From NCBI GenBank assembly GCA_028821035.1, contig JAPPHP010000410.1:1-29978 (forward strand): a stretch of 29,978 nt of DNA, given 5' to 3'. Every line of letters begins with the position of its first letter. Within the stretch, counting starts at the first letter, position 1. Of the stretch, positions 26,253 to 29,978 are shown piece after piece. Position numbers and translations under genes: made by a program. The notes beneath the pieces were generated by a model. The model was given only the letters and a program-made list of their open reading frames with translations, ran no database searches and was not told where the DNA came from. The stretch is from Gammaproteobacteria bacterium. GTDB taxonomy: Bacteria > Pseudomonadota > Gammaproteobacteria > Pseudomonadales > Azotimanducaceae.

Positions 26253-27308
26253 TTACCGGAAACTCGCGTTGATCCGGTCGAGCGCCTCGGAGCCGGGGCA
26301 GAGTTCGGTTTCGCCCAGCGCGTTCAGCGGCGTCTCCACGGTGTCGAGGATCTCGTGGCAATCGCTGGCATCCGGATCGACGTACAGGAGCCCGGTCACC
26401 ACCTCCCCCTCCTGCTGCGCCTCGAGCACGTGCTCCAAGGCGTGGGCGCGGTTGTGGGGATCGTAGCTGGTGTCGAGCTTGCGCAGCCGCAACTGCGAGC
26501 CGTCGGGCATGTGCACCGTCTCCACCTCGCCGGGGGCGTAGTCGGCGGTGATTTCCTCGCCCGCGGCGATGAAGTCCGCGGTGACGACGCTCGCGCCGCG
26601 CGTACGGAGGTAGTCGTAGCTCTTGGTGGAACCGTTGTGGTTGTTGAACGCCACGCAGGGGGAGATGACGTCGATGAAGGCGAAGCCGCGGTGCAGGAGC
26701 CCCGCCTTGATGAGCGGTACGAGCTGCGTCTTGTCGCCGGAGAAGCTGCGCGCCACGAAGCTCGCGCCGATCTGCAGCGCCATCGACACGAGGTCGATCG
26801 GCTCGTACAGATTGGGCACGCCCTTCTTGCTGGTGGAGCCCTTGTCGTTGGTCGCGGAGAACTGGCCCTTCGTCAGGCCGTAGGTGCCGTTGTTGTCCAC
26901 GATGTAGAGCATGTTGATGCGGCGCCGCACGATGTGCGCGAACTGCCCGATGCCGATGGAGGCGGAGTCGCCGTCGCCGGACACGCCGATGCAGTAGAGC
27001 TCGCGATTGGCCAGGTTGGCCCCGGTGGCGACCGACGGCATGCGGCCGTGCACCGAGTTGAAACCGTGCGAGTTGCCGAGGAAGTAGCTCGGCGTCTTGG
27101 AGGAGCAGCCGATGCCGGAGACCTTGGCGAACTGGTGCGGCGGGATCGACAGTTCCGCGCATGCTTGCACGATCGCGGCGCTGACGGAGTCGTGACCGCA
27201 GCCGGCGCATAGCGTGGAAACGAGGCCCTCGTAGTCCCTCCGCGTCAGCCCGACCTCGTTGGTCGGCAGCAGCGGGTGGTGGACGCGGGGCTTGGCGACG
27301 AACGTCAT
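26253..27308 (-). CDS. korB: 2-oxoacid:ferredoxin oxidoreductase beta subunit
   Basis: STLCAGCGH, SGIGCSSKT, VHGR, SGDGD...DNNGTYGLTKGQ (TPP binding), SPCVAFN. Confidence 0.93.
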   Translation of the reverse strand: MTFVAKPRVHHPLLPTNEVGLTRRDYEGLVSTLCAGCGHDSVSAAIVQACAELSIPPHQFAKVSGIGCSSKTPSYFLGNSHGFNSVHGRMPSVATGANLANRELYCIGVSGDGDSASIGIGQFAHIVRRRINMLYIVDNNGTYGLTKGQFSATNDKGSTSKKGVPNLYEPIDLVSMALQIGASFVARSFSGDKTQLVPLIKAGLLHRGFAFIDVISPCVAFNNHNGSTKSYDYLRTRGASVVTADFIAAGEEITADYAPGEVETVHMPDGSQLRLRKLDTSYDPHNRAHALEHVLEAQQEGEVVTGLLYVDPDASDCHEILDTVETPLNALGETELCPGSEALDRINASFR

Positions 27309-27348
27309 GGTCCGGTCCCCTCGATCGGCTGCGTTGTCTTGCGGGCGC

Positions 27349-29244
27349 TCATGCGGCCGAGTCTCCGCCCGGGTCGCCCCGGCCGATGGCCGTCTGCACG
27401 GACGGAGTGCCCCCCCGCGTTCCGCGGCCGACGGCCCAGAGCCTCGGCAGCCGCATCTTCTCGTAGTGGTCGAGCACGCTCTCCTGGATGATGTCCGCCG
27501 AGATGGACATGCCGCCGTAGTACAGCACCGGCACGATCTTCGCCGCGTCGACGCCGGTCTCGTTGACGAGCAGCGTTTTCATCTGCGCGTCGCGGTTCTG
27601 TTCCACCAGGAAGACGAACTCGTGCCGGTAAAGGAACTCGGTGACTTCCTGGCTGAAGGGGAAGCCGCGGATGCGCATCGCATCGAGCTGCACGCCATCG
27701 TCGGCCAGGCGCTCCAGCGCCTCGCCCATCGGCATGGCCGTGCTGCCGTAGAACACGATGCCGGCGCGGTGGCCGTGGCCCGAGATCTCCGGGGCCGGCA
27801 CGAGGGACGCGGCCGTCCGCCACTTGACGAGCAGCCGGTCCATGTTCTCGGTGTAGGCCTCGGGGGCCTCGGTGTAGCGCGCGTACGCGTCGCGTGACGT
27901 GCCGCGGGTGAAGAACGCGCCCTTCGTCGGGTGCGTGCCCGGGAGCGTGCGGTAGCCGATGCCGTCGCCGTCCACGTCGACGTAGCGGCCGTAGTCCTCG
28001 ATGGCGTCGAGGTCCTCCCTCGAGAGGACCTTGCCGCGATCGTACCGGCGCTCGTCGTCCCACGTCAGCGGCTCGGACAGGTTGTCGTTCATGCCGACTT
28101 CGAGGTCGGAAAGGACGATGACCGGCGTCTGCAGCCGGTCCGCGAGGTCCATGGCGTCCGCCGCGAAGTCGAAGCACTCCTTCGGCGTGGACGGGAACAT
28201 CAGCGGGTGCTTCGTGTCGCCGTGGGAGGCGTACGCGGCCAGCAGGACATCGCCCTGCTGCGTGCGGGTCGGCATGCCCGTGGACGGCCCCGCGCGCTGG
28301 ATGTCGAACAGCACGGCGGGAATCTCCGCGAAATAGGCGAGCCCGAGGAACTCCGACATCAGGGACAGTCCCGGACCGCTCGTTGCCGTGAACGCGCGCG
28401 CCCCGTTCCAGCCCGCGCCGATGACGATGCCGATGGCGGACAGCTCGTCCTCCGCCTGCAGTACCGCGAACTTGCGCTGGCCCGTGTCCGTCTCCGTGCG
28501 CAGCTGGCCGGCGTGCTTCTCGAAGGCCTCGGCCATCGAGGTCGACGGCGTGATCGGATACCACGCGCAGATCGTCGCTCCCCCGTAGATGGCGCCGAGC
28601 GCCGCCGCCGTGTTGCCGTCGATCATGATGCTGTCGCCGAGCCCGGCCGTGCGGCGGAGCTGAATCGGCAGCGGGCAGTCGAGGTACTCGCGCGCGTAGC
28701 CCCTGCCGATCTCGAGGGCGTGGATGTTCGGCGCGATGAGTTCGTCCTTGCCGCGGTACTGCGTCGAGACCATGCCCGTGATGACCTCGAAGTCGATGTT
28801 GAGCAACGCGGACAGGGCGCCGAGATAGACGATGTTCTTGAACAGCTTGCGCTGCTTAGGATCGGCGAACTCCGGCAGGAGGAGCTTCGCGATCGGGATG
28901 CCGATCTCCGTGATGTCGGCGCGGAACAGCCGCCGGTCGAGCCCCTTGGAGTTGTCGTACAGCAGGAAGCCGCCCGGGACCACGGAAGCGACGTCCTCCC
29001 GGTACGTCTCGGCGTTCATGGCCACCATGAGGTCCACGCCCTCGCGGCGGCCGTGGTGGTGGTCCTCCGAGACCCGCACCTCGAACCAGGTCGGCAACCC
29101 CTCGATGTTCGACGGGAAGATGTTGCGCGTCGCGATCGGGACGCCCATGCGGAAGAGCGCCTTGGCGAACATGCCGTTCGCGCTCGCGGAGCCCGAACCG
29201 TTCACGTTCGCGAAGCGGATGACAAAATCGTTGTAGGTCGTCAT
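27349..29244 (-). CDS. korA: 2-oxoacid:ferredoxin oxidoreductase alpha subunit (gamma-alpha fusion)
   Basis: NVNGSGSASAN, WYPITPSTS, QAEDELSAIG, TATSGPG, QRAGPSTGMPTRTQQGD. Start MTTYND (ATG 29244). Confidence 0.93.
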   Translation of the reverse strand: MTTYNDFVIRFANVNGSGSASANGMFAKALFRMGVPIATRNIFPSNIEGLPTWFEVRVSEDHHHGRREGVDLMVAMNAETYREDVASVVPGGFLLYDNSKGLDRRLFRADITEIGIPIAKLLLPEFADPKQRKLFKNIVYLGALSALLNIDFEVITGMVSTQYRGKDELIAPNIHALEIGRGYAREYLDCPLPIQLRRTAGLGDSIMIDGNTAAALGAIYGGATICAWYPITPSTSMAEAFEKHAGQLRTETDTGQRKFAVLQAEDELSAIGIVIGAGWNGARAFTATSGPGLSLMSEFLGLAYFAEIPAVLFDIQRAGPSTGMPTRTQQGDVLLAAYASHGDTKHPLMFPSTPKECFDFAADAMDLADRLQTPVIVLSDLEVGMNDNLSEPLTWDDERRYDRGKVLSREDLDAIEDYGRYVDVDGDGIGYRTLPGTHPTKGAFFTRGTSRDAYARYTEAPEAYTENMDRLLVKWRTAASLVPAPEISGHGHRAGIVFYGSTAMPMGEALERLADDGVQLDAMRIRGFPFSQEVTEFLYRHEFVFLVEQNRDAQMKTLLVNETGVDAAKIVPVLYYGGMSISADIIQESVLDHYEKMRLPRLWAVGRGTRGGTPSVQTAIGRGDPGGDSAA

Positions 29245-29251
29245 CCGACGG

Positions 29252-29977
29252 TCATCCCGCATACGTCCCGAGCTGCGGAATGTGCACCACCGACTTCTGC
29301 ATGTCCCATGCCGCCGTCGGGCAGCGTTCCGCGCACAATCCGCAATGCAGGCAGACGTCCTCGTCCTTCACCATCACGCGGCCCGTCGGCAGCGTCTCGG
29401 AGACGTACAGGTCCTGCTCGGCGTTGTCGGCGGGGGCCGTGAGGCGTTCGCGCAGGTCCGTCTCCTCGCCGTTCGAGGTGAAGGTGATGCAGTCCATCGG
29501 GCAGATGTCCACGCAGGCGTCGCACTCGATGCACAGGCCTTCGGTGAACACGGTCTGCACGTCGCAGTTCAGGCAGCGCTGGGCCTCCTTGAAGCCGAGC
29601 GCGCGGTCGAAGCCGAGTTCGACCTCAACCTTGATGTTGCCGAGCGCGCGCCGTTTCTCCGCGTGCGGCACGATGAAGCGCTTGGCGGGATCGTGCTCGG
29701 CGTCGTAGCTCCACTCGTGCATGCCCATCTTCTGGCTGATGAGATTCACGCCCTCCGGGGGACGGTCCGCTTTCAGGTCCTTGCCCTGGCACAGGAGGTG
29801 AATGGAGATGGCCGCCTGGTGCGCGTGCGCGGACGCCCAGATGATGTTCTCCGGGCCGAAGGCCGAGTCGCCGCCGAAGAACACCTTGGGGTGCGTGGAC
29901 TGCATCGTTACCTCGTCGAGCACGGGGCAGTCCCACTTGTCGAACTCGATGCCGATGTCCCGTTCGATCCACGGGCA
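29252..29977 (-). CDS. 5'-truncated FAD-dependent oxidoreductase with C-terminal 2[4Fe-4S] ferredoxin domain (GltD-like; KorC-type subunit)
   Basis: PWIERDIGIEFD, VFFGGD.AFGP.NIIWA, EAQRCLNC, CIECDACVDICP and CLHCGLCAERCP. Frame open at the window end. Confidence 0.9.
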   Translation of the reverse strand, partial: CPWIERDIGIEFDKWDCPVLDEVTMQSTHPKVFFGGDSAFGPENIIWASAHAHQAAISIHLLCQGKDLKADRPPEGVNLISQKMGMHEWSYDAEHDPAKRFIVPHAEKRRALGNIKVEVELGFDRALGFKEAQRCLNCDVQTVFTEGLCIECDACVDICPMDCITFTSNGEETDLRERLTAPADNAEQDLYVSETLPTGRVMVKDEDVCLHCGLCAERCPTAAWDMQKSVVHIPQLGTYAG

Positions 29978-29978
29978 G

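Overview
GC-rich bacterial chromosomal window. Gene content suggests a Gammaproteobacterium, and a host-associated lifestyle (e.g. sponge symbiont) is inferred only from the eukaryote-like domains. 1-7.6 kb is a tandemly duplicated unit with a period of about 5.97 kb. Each copy has a large secreted modular protein ending in an animal-type SRCR domain, a SwmB-like repeat and internalin-like LRRs, then a convergent DUF1640/CCDC90-like coiled-coil membrane protein and about 155 bp of conserved non-coding DNA. The complete copy (2100-7079) begins with a formylglycine-type sulfatase, and a decayed third LRR end lies between the copies. The middle holds metabolic and housekeeping genes: questin-oxidase-like, CNNM/CorC transporter, PhyH dioxygenase, HiPIP, MFS, tRNA-Glu(UUC), a fitAB/vapBC toxin-antitoxin pair, LLM and PNPOx-like oxidoreductases, DUF481, DUF815 ATPase, putP, DUF503, GNAT and long-form GAPDH. 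The right part has an RHH antitoxin whose PIN toxin gene is 5'-truncated (not in the ORF track) next to a lower-GC TonB-dependent receptor, then a 2-oxoacid:ferredoxin oxidoreductase operon running off the window. No CRISPR array, rRNA, integrase or transposase was seen. All family assignments come from motif recognition, not database searches.
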